Source: an uncultured Clostridia bacterium (lineage in GTDB: Bacteria > Bacillota > Clostridia > Christensenellales > CAG-138). Taken from it: 64,000 nucleotides of DNA. The position numbers and the translations under genes are program-made. Positions within the stretch are counted from its first letter, which is position 1. Every line of letters starts with the position of its first letter. The notes below the pieces were generated by a model. The model had not been told where the DNA came from. It saw only the letters and a program-made list of their open reading frames with translations, and made no database searches. The stretch spans positions 1,920 through 65,919 of the forward strand of contig CALCEX010000216.1 of the NCBI GenBank assembly GCA_937900325.1, in the 5' to 3' direction. Shown piece after piece: positions 35,143-45,657 of the stretch.

Positions 35143-37617
35143 ATGCAAAGAACACCCGGAAGCGGAGGACGGCAGAAGCGCGTATCCGGCAGCGGCAGCG
35201 TATTCAGGCGGGGCGGCGGCCTCGGCACAGGGCCCGTAGGCTCGGGAGGCGGCTTCGGAGGGAATTCCGGCGGCTCCGGCGGCAGGGGCGGCAGCAGGGG
35301 CGGCGGCAGCAGCATGGGTCTTATCGCCCTGCTCATAGCGTATCTGCTGGGCCGGGGCGGCGGAAACGGCGGCAGGCGCAATGGCGGCTGCCTTTCCCGC
35401 ATAATACTGCTTCTTGTGATACTTGCCCTGGGCTATATGGCGGTGCAGTGCGTTGCGGGCGGCCTGAGCGGAGACGGCGGCTACGGCTATGACGACGGCG
35501 GCATACAGCTTGTGGAGGCGGAGCCCACCCCCACGCCCAGGCCGCAGCTCGCCCAGACGCAGGCGGCGGCGGCGGACGCCACCGTATCCAACCTTGCCCG
35601 GGAAAAGCGCACAAAAATAAAGGGCGGCGGCAGGGACGTGTATACCGTAATGGTATATATGTGCGGAACAGACCTCGAGAGCAACTACGGCATGGCCACA
35701 GCTGACATAAACGAGATGCTCCACGCCGATCTTTCGGATAAGGTCAACGTAATCATCGAGACCGGCGGCGCGGATAAATGGCAGAATACCGTAATAAGCA
35801 GCAAGGTAAACCAGATATACCAGATAAAGAACGAAGGCATACTTCGCCTCGAGTCCGACCTCGGCAAGAAGGCCATGACGAAGGCCGAAACGCTTACCGA
35901 GTTCATACGGTACTGCGAGACGAATTTCCCGGCGGACCGTTATTCGCTGATATTGTGGGATCACGGCGGAGGGTCCAACGCCGGCTACGGCTACGACCAG
36001 AAATTCCCGAACGGCTCCATGACGCTGGACGTATTCAACAAGGCGCTCAGGGACGCGGGCTGCACCTTCGACTTCATAGGCTTTGACGCCTGCCTTATGG
36101 CGACCCTTGAAACGGCGCTGGTGGCCGAGCAGTATTCGGATTACTTCATCGCGAGCGAGGAAACCGAGCCGGGCTGCGGCTGGTACTATACCAACTGGCT
36201 TACGGAGCTCAGCAAAAACACCTCCATGGATACCGTATCCATAGGCAAGACCATAATAGACGACTACACCACGGCCTGCCGCCAGCAGTCCTCCTCAAAC
36301 CAGACCACGCTGTCATTGATAGACCTTGCGGAGCTTTCCGGAACCGTGCCGGAGGCGTTCAATAAGTTCGCCTCCTCCACAGTCGAGCTTATAGATTCCG
36401 ACAGCTATTCCGTGGTATCCAACGCCCGGAGCAGGGCGAAGGAGTTCTCCTCCGGCATAAACCAGATAGACCTCATAAACTTCGCCGATAATATCGGAAC
36501 GCCGGAGGCAGAGGCACTTGCGGAGGCGCTGCGCGGCTGCGTAAAGTACAACAGGGTGTCGCGGTCCCTCGCAAACGCCAACGGCATATCCATATACTTC
36601 CCCTATCGGAAGCTTTCCTCCATGAACAGCATGGTGGATATATACGACGAGATAGGCATGGACGACGCCTATACCGACTGCATAAGGAGCTTTGCCTCGG
36701 TGGCCGCCGGCGGCCAGCTTACCTCCAGCTCCTCCGGCTCCCCGCTCACCTCCCTCTTTGGGGATATGAGCGGCAGCGGCAACAGCGCGGATATGCTTTC
36801 CGAGCTGCTCTCCGCGGCGCTTTCCGGCAGCGGCGGCTATTCCTCCTCCGGCGGCTATGCCTCCGCCGGCTCGAGCTATTCCGACCTTTATGATATGTTC
36901 GCGGGTATGCGCTCCGCCAAGAATAAGAAGGCCGTCTGGCTGGATAAGGAGGCCATTACCGCGGCTGAGGAGTTCTATTCGGAGAACAGCCTTGACGCAT
37001 CCCGTCTCATCGCGACCCATAAGGACGGCAAAAACGTGCTTAAGCTTACCGGCGCCGAGTGGGAGCTGGTGCAGGATACGGCGCTGAACGTATTTATAGA
37101 CGACGGAGAGGGCTACATAGACCTGGGCATAGACAACACCTATGAGTTTGACGACGACCTTGACCTCATACTGGACTACGACAAGACCTGGATAGCCATA
37201 AACGGGCAGGCGGTGCATTACGAGTTCATGTCCAACGATGTGGACGGCGATTCCTACGTCATTACCGGCAGGGTTCCGGCGCTGCTCAACGGAGAGCGGG
37301 CAGACCTCATACTGGTGTTCACCGACGAGGACCCTTACGGCACTGTCGCGGGGGCGCGGACAGTATACGGCGGCGAGACGGACACCGTAATGAAGGGCCT
37401 TATAGATATAAAGCCCGGCGACACGCTGGATTTCCTGTGCGATTATTACAGCTACGACGGGGAGTACCTGGACAGCTACATGCTGGGCGGCCAGATGACG
37501 GTGGAGGGAGAGCTTACCATAACCAACGTGGAGCTGACCGGCGAAAAGGCCCTTTCCACCTTCCGCCTGACCGACATATACGGCGCGCAGTACTGGACTG
37601 AGGCGCTTAAAAACTGA
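35143..37617 (+). CDS. clostripain-family (C11) cysteine peptidase with Gly-rich N-terminus and TM anchor
   Basis: YTVMVYMCGTDLES, LILWDHGGG (His), FDFIGFDACLMAT (Cys). N-terminal GGGxGG repeats and two hydrophobic segments. Confidence 0.8.
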   Translation: MQRTPGSGGRQKRVSGSGSVFRRGGGLGTGPVGSGGGFGGNSGGSGGRGGSRGGGSSMGLIALLIAYLLGRGGGNGGRRNGGCLSRIILLLVILALGYMAVQCVAGGLSGDGGYGYDDGGIQLVEAEPTPTPRPQLAQTQAAAADATVSNLAREKRTKIKGGGRDVYTVMVYMCGTDLESNYGMATADINEMLHADLSDKVNVIIETGGADKWQNTVISSKVNQIYQIKNEGILRLESDLGKKAMTKAETLTEFIRYCETNFPADRYSLILWDHGGGSNAGYGYDQKFPNGSMTLDVFNKALRDAGCTFDFIGFDACLMATLETALVAEQYSDYFIASEETEPGCGWYYTNWLTELSKNTSMDTVSIGKTIIDDYTTACRQQSSSNQTTLSLIDLAELSGTVPEAFNKFASSTVELIDSDSYSVVSNARSRAKEFSSGINQIDLINFADNIGTPEAEALAEALRGCVKYNRVSRSLANANGISIYFPYRKLSSMNSMVDIYDEIGMDDAYTDCIRSFASVAAGGQLTSSSSGSPLTSLFGDMSGSGNSADMLSELLSAALSGSGGYSSSGGYASAGSSYSDLYDMFAGMRSAKNKKAVWLDKEAITAAEEFYSENSLDASRLIATHKDGKNVLKLTGAEWELVQDTALNVFIDDGEGYIDLGIDNTYEFDDDLDLILDYDKTWIAINGQAVHYEFMSNDVDGDSYVITGRVPALLNGERADLILVFTDEDPYGTVAGARTVYGGETDTVMKGLIDIKPGDTLDFLCDYYSYDGEYLDSYMLGGQMTVEGELTITNVELTGEKALSTFRLTDIYGAQYWTEALKN

Positions 37618-37654
37618 TAAGGCAGGGAACGGCTTTGCCCGGATAAAAACCAAC

Positions 37655-37705
37655 GCCCCCCGCCGCGCGCTTACAGCACGCATGGCGGGGGGCGCTTTGC
37701 GTTTT
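37655..37705 (+). terminator. GC-rich hairpin after the C11 peptidase gene
   Basis: GCCCCCCGCC-N19-GGCGGGGGGC followed by GCTTTGCGTTTT (weak U-tract). Confidence 0.4.
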
Positions 37706-37848
37706 CAGTTGGATCGCTGCAAAACTGCAAGCAGTCTTACTTTGCTTTGAACTCTATAAAAGATCGGCCTGCTTCAGCAACGCTATACCGGCTTTGGCCC
37801 TGCGCAGCCCTTTGGCTGACGGCGGCCCGGAAAAATGCGGGCAGGAAG

Positions 37849-38487
37849 CTATCTCTCAAGATCGAACTTTCCGATCTCCCGCTCCAGCCTGCCATAAAAC
37901 TGCGCGATATGGCTGCCGTCCACAAGCGCGTGATGCGCCAATATTGAAACAGGCATAACGGCCCTGCCGGATGCCGTAATTGAATATTTGCCCCAGGTGA
38001 TCCTCGGATTTGACTCGTCATTGCAGGAAACGGGCTGAATAAGGGAGGTGTAATGCAGCCACGGGAGCGTCGATACGAAGTACATGCTCTCAGAGTCCTC
38101 ATCCTCCTTGATGCCGTTCGCCGCGCAGCTCCGCCTCGCTTCGTCTGCCGCCTCAAAGTAGCCGGACAGGCTCATGTGATGGCGCAGCGTGCAATAGCAA
38201 TACCCGCCGTCCTGAGTGCGTTCCGTATGGGAGGTGGGGCATTCGGAATATTCTACGATCCGGCCGTCGCGTATCCTCTGCCTGAGCTCCGGAACAGCAT
38301 CCGCCGCGAGGGCGGCGGCATGAAGGAAGGTAAGATAGAAGGACCGGCCCGTCTCTTTGCTGAAGCGTAAGGCTGCCGTTACGTCCTGCTCAACAGTTAC
38401 CCCGACGTAAGGGTACTGCAAGGAGCGAAAATAATCAAAATGCGCCTTTCTTGCGTAGCTACTCATATCGATCATACGGACAGACAT
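37849..38487 (-). CDS. cat: type-A chloramphenicol O-acetyltransferase family protein
   Basis: 212 aa, N-terminal KAHFDYF, catalytic motif AHHALVDGSH (compare HHAVCDG). Substrate not verified. Confidence 0.7.
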   Translation of the reverse strand: MSVRMIDMSSYARKAHFDYFRSLQYPYVGVTVEQDVTAALRFSKETGRSFYLTFLHAAALAADAVPELRQRIRDGRIVEYSECPTSHTERTQDGGYCYCTLRHHMSLSGYFEAADEARRSCAANGIKEDEDSESMYFVSTLPWLHYTSLIQPVSCNDESNPRITWGKYSITASGRAVMPVSILAHHALVDGSHIAQFYGRLEREIGKFDLER

Positions 38488-38554
38488 TTGCGTTTACTCC
38501 CCTTTGCGTATATTTCTTATCTCCGGTTTGAGCCTGAATACTGGCTCGCTCTGT

Positions 38555-39433
38555 TTATTCAATGCGGTTGGCGTCCGCTATCTTTCTGAATTCGTCCTCC
38601 ATATACTGCTTGAAAAGGGCAAGGCTGGGCTTTGCCAGGTTGTGCATATTCCAGAACATATGCACCGTCCGGTAAACAGGAGACTCGAACGGGATCATAA
38701 CGCCTGAGTCCTTGAAAAGGGTCGCCCATGACAGGCACGGGGCCAGGGTTATCCCCATGCCCAGATTAAAGTATTGGAGAAGGCAGTAAAGGTCGTTGCT
38801 GACTATGGAAATTTTCGGTATAAAACCGGCGTTTTCCGCAACCGCGCTGAAGATCTGGAACATCTGGTTGCTGGTGCTGGAAATTATGAATTTTTCATTT
38901 TTCAGCTCCTCTACGGCTACCCTGCTTCTGCCTGCAAGACGGTGACCGTAGGGCACTGCGATGCGTATTTCCTCCCTTAGAAGTATCCTGCTGCTGTCAT
39001 ACTGCGCCATCCGGTCCACGCCGCCTATGCAGAGGTCAAACGGACCGGGATCGCCCCAGTCGTTGTATATGGAGAAGTTTACGCCCGGATAATCCTTTGA
39101 AAAGCTGTCAATACAATGGATGCAGGTGTTCCTGTGATACATTATGGCAAGGCGGAGGTCGCCGGAAAGGGCGTCCTTCTTCGCCTTCACCTCTCTCATG
39201 CCGCGATCCAGGTGCTCCAGGGCCTTTTCGACCTCGGACATAAAAAGCTGGCCTGGTCCTGTAAGGGTCAGGTGATTTTTGCTTCTGTCAAACAGCTTTG
39301 CGCCCAGCTCCGATTCAAGGCTCGATATCGTTTTGGACATTGCGGGCTGGGGGATGCCGTGTACCTTTGCCGCCTGCGAAATATTCAGCATCTTCCCTAC
39401 GGTATAGAAGTATCTCAGCCTCATCAGATCCAT
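38555..39433 (-). CDS. LysR-family transcriptional regulator
   Basis: MDLMRLRYFYTVGKMLNISQAAKVHGIPQPAMSKTISSLE HTH; 292 aa. Confidence 0.85.
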   Translation of the reverse strand: MDLMRLRYFYTVGKMLNISQAAKVHGIPQPAMSKTISSLESELGAKLFDRSKNHLTLTGPGQLFMSEVEKALEHLDRGMREVKAKKDALSGDLRLAIMYHRNTCIHCIDSFSKDYPGVNFSIYNDWGDPGPFDLCIGGVDRMAQYDSSRILLREEIRIAVPYGHRLAGRSRVAVEELKNEKFIISSTSNQMFQIFSAVAENAGFIPKISIVSNDLYCLLQYFNLGMGITLAPCLSWATLFKDSGVMIPFESPVYRTVHMFWNMHNLAKPSLALFKQYMEDEFRKIADANRIE

Positions 39434-39473
39434 GCCAGATCACCTTTCATAATATATGCTATCAGATATATAT

Positions 39474-39491
39474 TACATATAAAAATATGTA
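39474..39491. promoter_or_regulatory. candidate LysR box
   Basis: TACATAT-aaaa-ATATGTA inverted repeat in the divergent LysR/AEC-transporter intergenic region. Confidence 0.3.
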
Positions 39492-39633
39492 TTTTCAATA
39501 TCTTTTTTACTGTGTTAAAGTAATGCCAACCTGAATGTAAAGTAATAATAAGCAATAGCGGACCGGGCGGCAGCAGGCCGGCACAGGCATCTGCGAAATA
39601 ATCAGCGCAAATTAAAAAAACAGGAGCAGTACC

Positions 39634-40572
39634 TTGGAAAGCCTTACCATATCATTTAACGCGATAGTTCCGATGTTTTTGATAATAGCCATCGGCTGCG
39701 CATTCAAAAGCGCGGGGTGGATAACCCCTGATGAAGTAAAGCGCTTTAATAAGATCGTATTTCATTCGTTTATGCCAGCAATGCTTTTCCAAAGCATATA
39801 CGGCTCGGAGCTGTCGAAGCTGATAGACCCGGGATATCTGGCATTCGTGCTGCTCTCGGTGACGGTCACCTTTATTATCGCCATACTTGCGGTGCTTCCC
39901 CTGGAAAAGGACGGGGCGAAGCGCGGGGCGATGATACACGCCGCATACCGCAGCAACTACATACTGCTTGGCACGCCGATCGTCGCCGCGCTGACGTCCG
40001 ACGGCGACACGGGCATGGCGGCGGTGGTGGCCAGCGTGACCATACCGCTCTATACCGTGCTTGCGGTAATAATGCTGGAATATTTCAGGAACGGAAGGCT
40101 GCGGCCCGGCGGAATGCTCAGAAGCCTGGCGAAGAACCCGCTCATAATAGCCTCCTTAGCGGGAATAATAGTAAAAATCGCCGGAATACGCCTTCCCGGC
40201 GTGCTTGAATCGGCCGTGTCAAAGCTGAACTCGGCCGCGTCTCCGGCAGCGCTGCTGCTGCTCGGCGCAAGCTTCGACTGGAAGCAGGTGGCCGGCGAGA
40301 GGCGTAACATCTTAATATCCACCGCTTTGCGCCTGGTGATATTCCCGGCCGTAATGCTTACCGCCGGCGCGCTGATCGGCTACCGAGGCGTGGAGTTTGT
40401 CACTCTGATCCCCCTGTTTGCCTCTCCCACGGCCGTAAACACATTTAATATGGATCAGGAGATGGGCGCGGATCTGAACATCGCAAGCGGCGCAATAGCG
40501 GTATCAACAGCGCTGTCCTTCGTAACGCTGTTCATATGGATAAGCCTTTTCAAATATCTCGGAATGTTTTGA
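39634..40572 (+). CDS. AEC-family (auxin efflux carrier-like) transporter
   Basis: TTG start with a GGAG SD; about 10 TM segments; FNAIVPMFLIIAIGC N-terminus typical of the family. Confidence 0.75.
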   Translation: MESLTISFNAIVPMFLIIAIGCAFKSAGWITPDEVKRFNKIVFHSFMPAMLFQSIYGSELSKLIDPGYLAFVLLSVTVTFIIAILAVLPLEKDGAKRGAMIHAAYRSNYILLGTPIVAALTSDGDTGMAAVVASVTIPLYTVLAVIMLEYFRNGRLRPGGMLRSLAKNPLIIASLAGIIVKIAGIRLPGVLESAVSKLNSAASPAALLLLGASFDWKQVAGERRNILISTALRLVIFPAVMLTAGALIGYRGVEFVTLIPLFASPTAVNTFNMDQEMGADLNIASGAIAVSTALSFVTLFIWISLFKYLGMF

Positions 40573-40596
40573 TATAAAAGACGGAGGGGGAACGAT

Positions 40597-41274
40597 ATGA
40601 ACCTCAGTGAACTGAGAAAAGCTGCACGAAATGACCTTAAGGGGAAGTGGCACATCGGCATAATTATCACAATAGTTGCCTTTGTCATAGGCGTTTATTC
40701 TTTTGGCCTTATGCCGATGATAAACCTTCCCGCGGAAGAATGGCTCAAGGATCCTTCAATTTTAATAAAAGACTGGAGAAATATATTCTATTTCGACATG
40801 CGCTCGGTGCGTATGGGGCTATTCCATCTTCTTGGGGCTGCCGGTGTGCTGGGACAGTGCTACTGCTTTCTGCTTATAGCAAACAATGAGCAATGCAGGA
40901 TAAGAGATATTTTTCACTGCTACCCTCAAATGGCGCCGGCAATAGGTCTCAGGCTGCTTCGGTCCGTCTATACCTTCATCGGTCTCAGCCTGTTCGTTAT
41001 TCCCGGAATATATTTGTACTACACATATGCGCTTTCACCCTGGATAATGGCGGACGACCCGAACATAGGCGCGCGCAGGGCTCTTCAGCTCAGCAAGCGC
41101 GTCATGAACGGATATAAGATGAAGCTGTTTCTCCTTGATCTGTCCTTTATCGGCTGGTTTGCGCTGTGCGTGCTCAGTATGGGCATTGGGCTGCTGTTCC
41201 TGATCCCATATCACTGCACGGCAAGAGCGGAATTTTTTAAAGGGATCAGGAGCAGGTCAAAGCCCGCACAATAA
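40597..41274 (+). CDS. DUF975-family membrane protein
   Basis: LRKAARNDLKGKWHIGIIITIV N-terminus; 4-5 TM segments. Confidence 0.6.
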   Translation: MNLSELRKAARNDLKGKWHIGIIITIVAFVIGVYSFGLMPMINLPAEEWLKDPSILIKDWRNIFYFDMRSVRMGLFHLLGAAGVLGQCYCFLLIANNEQCRIRDIFHCYPQMAPAIGLRLLRSVYTFIGLSLFVIPGIYLYYTYALSPWIMADDPNIGARRALQLSKRVMNGYKMKLFLLDLSFIGWFALCVLSMGIGLLFLIPYHCTARAEFFKGIRSRSKPAQ

Positions 41275-41452
41275 ATGCGTTAACTCGCTGCGAATACTTT
41301 TTGCAGTGACCATAAAAATAAAAAAGATATCTATATATTTGGCGGGCCCGGCTGAATATGCAGATACCCCGGGAGAGGAGGCAAGTTAAAAGAGTAACCG
41401 CAATTATAAGGGCCAAACAAGGATAACACACAAGAGAAACTTTGGAGGGAAT

Positions 41453-42856
41453 ATGGAAGCTATCAAAAAGCAAAAGAAACACTTTGAAGTGCCTGGTACG
41501 TATGTAATACTTACCGCACTGATCATACTGATGATACTGCTTACCTACATACTGCCCGCAGGTACATATGATTTCGCGGAAGACGGCAAGACCGTTATCC
41601 CCGGAACCTATCATCATGTTGAAAGCAACCCCGCAGGTATAATGGACTTCTTCAATTGCTTCTTTAAGGGCATGAGCAAGGGTTCCGGAACTATCTTCCT
41701 TATCTTCATGATCGGCGGCGCTTTCAAGATGCTTGAAGATACCGGCACTATCAAGGCCGCAATAGCATGGCTGATAAAGAAGACCAAGGGCAACTATAAG
41801 ATCATATTGCCCGCAATAGGCATCATGATGGCCGCTCTGGGCTCGGTGGGCGCCGGCAACAACATAGCCCTTGCTTTCGCACCCATAATGATAATGGTAT
41901 GTAAAAAGCTGAAGCTTGACCCCATCGTGGCAGTCGCAGCAATGTATATACCTTCCAGCACCGGTACCGTGTCCTCCCCTATCGAACCCTTCAACACCCT
42001 TATAGGTCAGGAGATCGCCGGTCTGCCCCAGATGTCCGGCGCGGGCGTTCGCCTTATTGCGTGGATTGTTTTCGTAGGCGTTGCCATAGGCTACATTGTC
42101 CGCTATGCTAACCGCATAAGCAAGGATCCCAGCAAGTCCATAGTTGGCTGCTATACTGATGACGAAGAGGTCGGAAATCAGGATGCTGCTCTTGCAGACG
42201 TTGCCGATAAGCTGACCGTGCGTCACGTTCTCTGCCTTGTCGTGCTGCTGGCCGTTTTCGTGGTATACGCATACGGCACCATAAAGTACACCTGGGGTAT
42301 CTCTCAGCTGGGCGCCTGCATGATGATCCTTGCCTTTGCATCCGGCATCATCGGCGGCATGACTCCCGACCAGATGGAAAAATCCTTCACAGCCGGCGCA
42401 AAGACCATGACCTATTCCGCGCTGCTGGTTGGCTTTGCCAATGCTCTTAGCGTAATAATGACTGATGCAAACATCATGCATACCGTTATAAACGCTATAT
42501 CCATTCCTCTCGGCGCTCTGCCCGCCGCCCTTTCCGCAGTCGGTATGTTCATCGTTAACCTGCTGATGAACATCTTCATCTCCTCTTCTTCCGGCCAGGC
42601 TTACGTTATCATGCCCCTTATGGCGCCTCTTGCGGACGTCGTGGGAGTTACCCGTCAGGTAGCCGTTTCCGCTTACTGCTTCGGCGAAGCCATCGGCAAC
42701 CCTCTGTTCCCCACCGCCGCCCTGATCATGGGCATCTGCGGTATAGCGGGCGTAAAGTACGACAAATGGCTTAAGTTTGTAGTGCCCCTTACCGGAATAC
42801 TCTGCGGTCTGGCGGTAATATTCCTGGTAGTTACTCAGACTCTGGGTTGGTCCTGA
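41453..42856 (+). CDS. YfcC/DcuC-superfamily transporter
   Basis: 467 aa, about 12 TM segments, precedes pepT (a common pairing). Confidence 0.7.
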   Translation: MEAIKKQKKHFEVPGTYVILTALIILMILLTYILPAGTYDFAEDGKTVIPGTYHHVESNPAGIMDFFNCFFKGMSKGSGTIFLIFMIGGAFKMLEDTGTIKAAIAWLIKKTKGNYKIILPAIGIMMAALGSVGAGNNIALAFAPIMIMVCKKLKLDPIVAVAAMYIPSSTGTVSSPIEPFNTLIGQEIAGLPQMSGAGVRLIAWIVFVGVAIGYIVRYANRISKDPSKSIVGCYTDDEEVGNQDAALADVADKLTVRHVLCLVVLLAVFVVYAYGTIKYTWGISQLGACMMILAFASGIIGGMTPDQMEKSFTAGAKTMTYSALLVGFANALSVIMTDANIMHTVINAISIPLGALPAALSAVGMFIVNLLMNIFISSSSGQAYVIMPLMAPLADVVGVTRQVAVSAYCFGEAIGNPLFPTAALIMGICGIAGVKYDKWLKFVVPLTGILCGLAVIFLVVTQTLGWS

Positions 42857-42952
42857 TAACTCACCGCGGTAAAGACACACTTACAATGCAGGCGCGGCAA
42901 AACGCGCCTGCTCCATCGGATAAGCCGAAATAAAAAGAAAGGAACATAAACC

Positions 42953-44188
42953 ATGGCAAAAGAACTTTCACATGTTGTCGAACGTTTCCTTCGCTACGTC
43001 AGGGTGGATACTCAGTCTGCACATAACTCTGCTGCCATACCTACCACCGAAAAGCAGAAGGATCTGGCGCGAATGCTTGTAAAAGAACTGGAAGAACTGG
43101 GCGCCGCCGATATCAGGCTGGATGATGCCGGCTGCGTATATGCGACCATTCCCGCAAACTGCGATACCGAAGCGCCCGTCGTTGGATTTATCGCCCATAT
43201 GGATACCACTCCGGATGCTTCCGGCACCAACGTCACTCCCCGCATAATAGAGAACTATGACGGCAAGGACATCGTGCTCAACGCGGAAAAAGACATCGTA
43301 ATGAGAACAGAGGTATTTGAGCATATGCTCAAATACGCAGGCCAGGATCTTATCGTTACCGACGGCACCACTCTGCTGGGCGCAGACGACAAGGCCGGCG
43401 TTGCAGAGATAATGAACATGGTGGAATACTTCCATACCCATCCCGAGGTAAAGCACGGTACCATCAAGGTCGGCTTCACTACCGACGAGGAAGTGGGCAA
43501 GGGCGGCAAGTATTATGATATTGATTACTTCAACGCCGATTTCGCCTACACCTTTGACGGACAGACCACCGGCGAGATAAACGCCGAAACCTTCAACGCC
43601 GCCGATGCAAACGTTACCATTCATGGCGTTCAGGTACATCCCGGCCGCGCCAAGGATAAGATGATCAACGCTATCACCGTAGGACGCAAGTTCGACGAGC
43701 TGGTTCCCGAGGCACAGACCTGCGAGCACGTTGACGGCCGCGAAGGCTATTATCATATAACCAACTTCAACGGTACCGTAAGCAAGACCACCATGAAATA
43801 TCTCATAAGGGACTTCAGCATGGAAGGCTTCCTGGCCCGCAAGGCTCATATGCAGAAGATAGCCGATTTTCTCAACAGCGTGTATGGTGAGGGCACCGTT
43901 GAGCTGGAGCTTGTAGACTCCTATTTCAGCATGTACGAAGTGATCAGGCCCATGCCCATAATTCTTGACCACGCGCGTAAAGCTATCAGGCAGGAGGGTA
44001 TCGTACCCCGCGAAGTACCCATTCGCGGCGGCACAGACGGCTCCATTCTATCAGGAAGAGGGCTTCCCTGCCCCAATATTTCCACCGGTTACCAGAATGG
44101 CCACAGCGTATATGAGTATGTTTCCACCGAAGCGCTGGAAACCTGCGCACGCATATGTATAAACCTCGCTGCTTCCTTCGTTGAGTAA
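42953..44188 (+). CDS. pepT: peptidase T (tripeptide aminopeptidase, M20B)
   Basis: ERFLRYVRVDTQS, IAHMDT, GADDKAG, TTDEEVG, IRGGTDG. Confidence 0.9.
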   Translation: MAKELSHVVERFLRYVRVDTQSAHNSAAIPTTEKQKDLARMLVKELEELGAADIRLDDAGCVYATIPANCDTEAPVVGFIAHMDTTPDASGTNVTPRIIENYDGKDIVLNAEKDIVMRTEVFEHMLKYAGQDLIVTDGTTLLGADDKAGVAEIMNMVEYFHTHPEVKHGTIKVGFTTDEEVGKGGKYYDIDYFNADFAYTFDGQTTGEINAETFNAADANVTIHGVQVHPGRAKDKMINAITVGRKFDELVPEAQTCEHVDGREGYYHITNFNGTVSKTTMKYLIRDFSMEGFLARKAHMQKIADFLNSVYGEGTVELELVDSYFSMYEVIRPMPIILDHARKAIRQEGIVPREVPIRGGTDGSILSGRGLPCPNISTGYQNGHSVYEYVSTEALETCARICINLAASFVE

Positions 44189-44382
44189 GCCTCGCCAATA
44201 CCTTCCCCGCCGCCGCCCATTTGCAGGTGTTTTCCATGGCGGCGGGGCAATTGCTGTCTGCGGGCCGGCAAGTCCGCTGCCTGCCCGCGGAATTATTTAT
44301 GTGAATAAAGGCATTTTTGTTAAATAGACGATATGGCAAAAAGCTTCGGATACGTTCCGCAAGGATTTTGCGAGGGGTAAAT

Positions 44383-45630
44383 ATGAATTACGAGCTTGGA
44401 TACGGCAGGGGTATTCAGAAAATAGAAATACCCGATACTAACCTTATGGGGGTGCTTTTGCCGGAAAACGCGGCCGCTGAGCGAAGCGAAGAACAGGAAG
44501 TGCTCAGAGCTCTTAACGAGCCTATAAAAAGCCTGAAGCTGCGCGAAATAATACGGCCGGGCGAAAAGATCGCCATAGTCGCCAGCGATATGACCCGTCC
44601 AATGCCCACGGCAAAAGTAATGCCCGCGCTGCTGGATGAACTTTACAGCGGCGGGGCCAGGCCGGAAGACATAACCCTTGTGTTCGCCATAGGCAGCCAC
44701 CGCCATCATACCGATGAAGAGCGGAAAATGCTGGCCGGGGAAAGGGCCTGGCGGGAAATACGCTGCGTGGACAGCGACCCCGGCGACTGTATACATCTCG
44801 GCACAACCTCCGGAGGGACTCCCGTTGATATAACGCGGACAGTGGCCGAAGCCGACAGAAGGATATGTCTTGGAAATATAGAATATCACTACTTTGCCGG
44901 TTACAGCGGCGGGGCAAAGGCCATAATGCCGGGAGTATCCACCCGCGCCGCGATCCAGTCCAACCACAGTAGAATGACCGATCCCTCGGCGGCAGCGGCA
45001 AAGCTGGATGGGAATCCCATACGGGAGGATATAGAAGAAGCCGGGCGCATATGCGGCATTGATTTCATACTGAATGTAGTTCTGGATGATCATAAACGCA
45101 TAGTCAGAGCTTTTGCCGGTGACCCTGAAAAGGCTCACAGGGCAGGCTGCCGGGCTCTCGATATGCTATATGGCAAGCATATAACCTCCCCGGCGGATAT
45201 AGTTGTCGTGTCCCCCGGGGGCGAGCCAAAGGACATCAACCTTTATCAGGCGCAGAAAGCGCTGGATAACGCAAAACACGCCGTAAAAAGCGGCGGAGTA
45301 ATAATACTGACAGCCGCCTGCGCCGAGGGCCTGGGCGAAAGCACCTTTGAAGAATGGATGACCGAGGCGTCAAAGCCCGGTGATCTGATACAGCGGATAA
45401 AAAAGGAATTTAAGCTGGGCGGTCATAAGGCTGCCGCCATAGCAATGGTAATGCAGAACGCAAGCATATATCTTGTGTCAGACCTGCCGCCGGAGCTTGT
45501 CAGGGGCATCTTCTTCACACCCTTCAAAAGCGCTCAGGAGGCGCTTGACGAGGCTTTTCGCAAACTGGGCCGCAACGCAGGGGTCCTGCTGATGCCCTGC
45601 GGCGGATCGACGCTGCCGCTTTTGAAATAA
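44383..45630 (+). CDS. LarA-family nickel-pincer-dependent 2-hydroxyacid racemase/epimerase homologue
   Basis: AIGSHRHH, IEYHYFAGYSGGAKAIMPG (cofactor Lys context), SNHS. Start set at 44383 (GAGGGG SD). Confidence 0.78.
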   Translation: MNYELGYGRGIQKIEIPDTNLMGVLLPENAAAERSEEQEVLRALNEPIKSLKLREIIRPGEKIAIVASDMTRPMPTAKVMPALLDELYSGGARPEDITLVFAIGSHRHHTDEERKMLAGERAWREIRCVDSDPGDCIHLGTTSGGTPVDITRTVAEADRRICLGNIEYHYFAGYSGGAKAIMPGVSTRAAIQSNHSRMTDPSAAAAKLDGNPIREDIEEAGRICGIDFILNVVLDDHKRIVRAFAGDPEKAHRAGCRALDMLYGKHITSPADIVVVSPGGEPKDINLYQAQKALDNAKHAVKSGGVIILTAACAEGLGESTFEEWMTEASKPGDLIQRIKKEFKLGGHKAAAIAMVMQNASIYLVSDLPPELVRGIFFTPFKSAQEALDEAFRKLGRNAGVLLMPCGGSTLPLLK

Positions 45631-45657
45631 TTATTTGACGTACAGGAGAAGTAAAAA

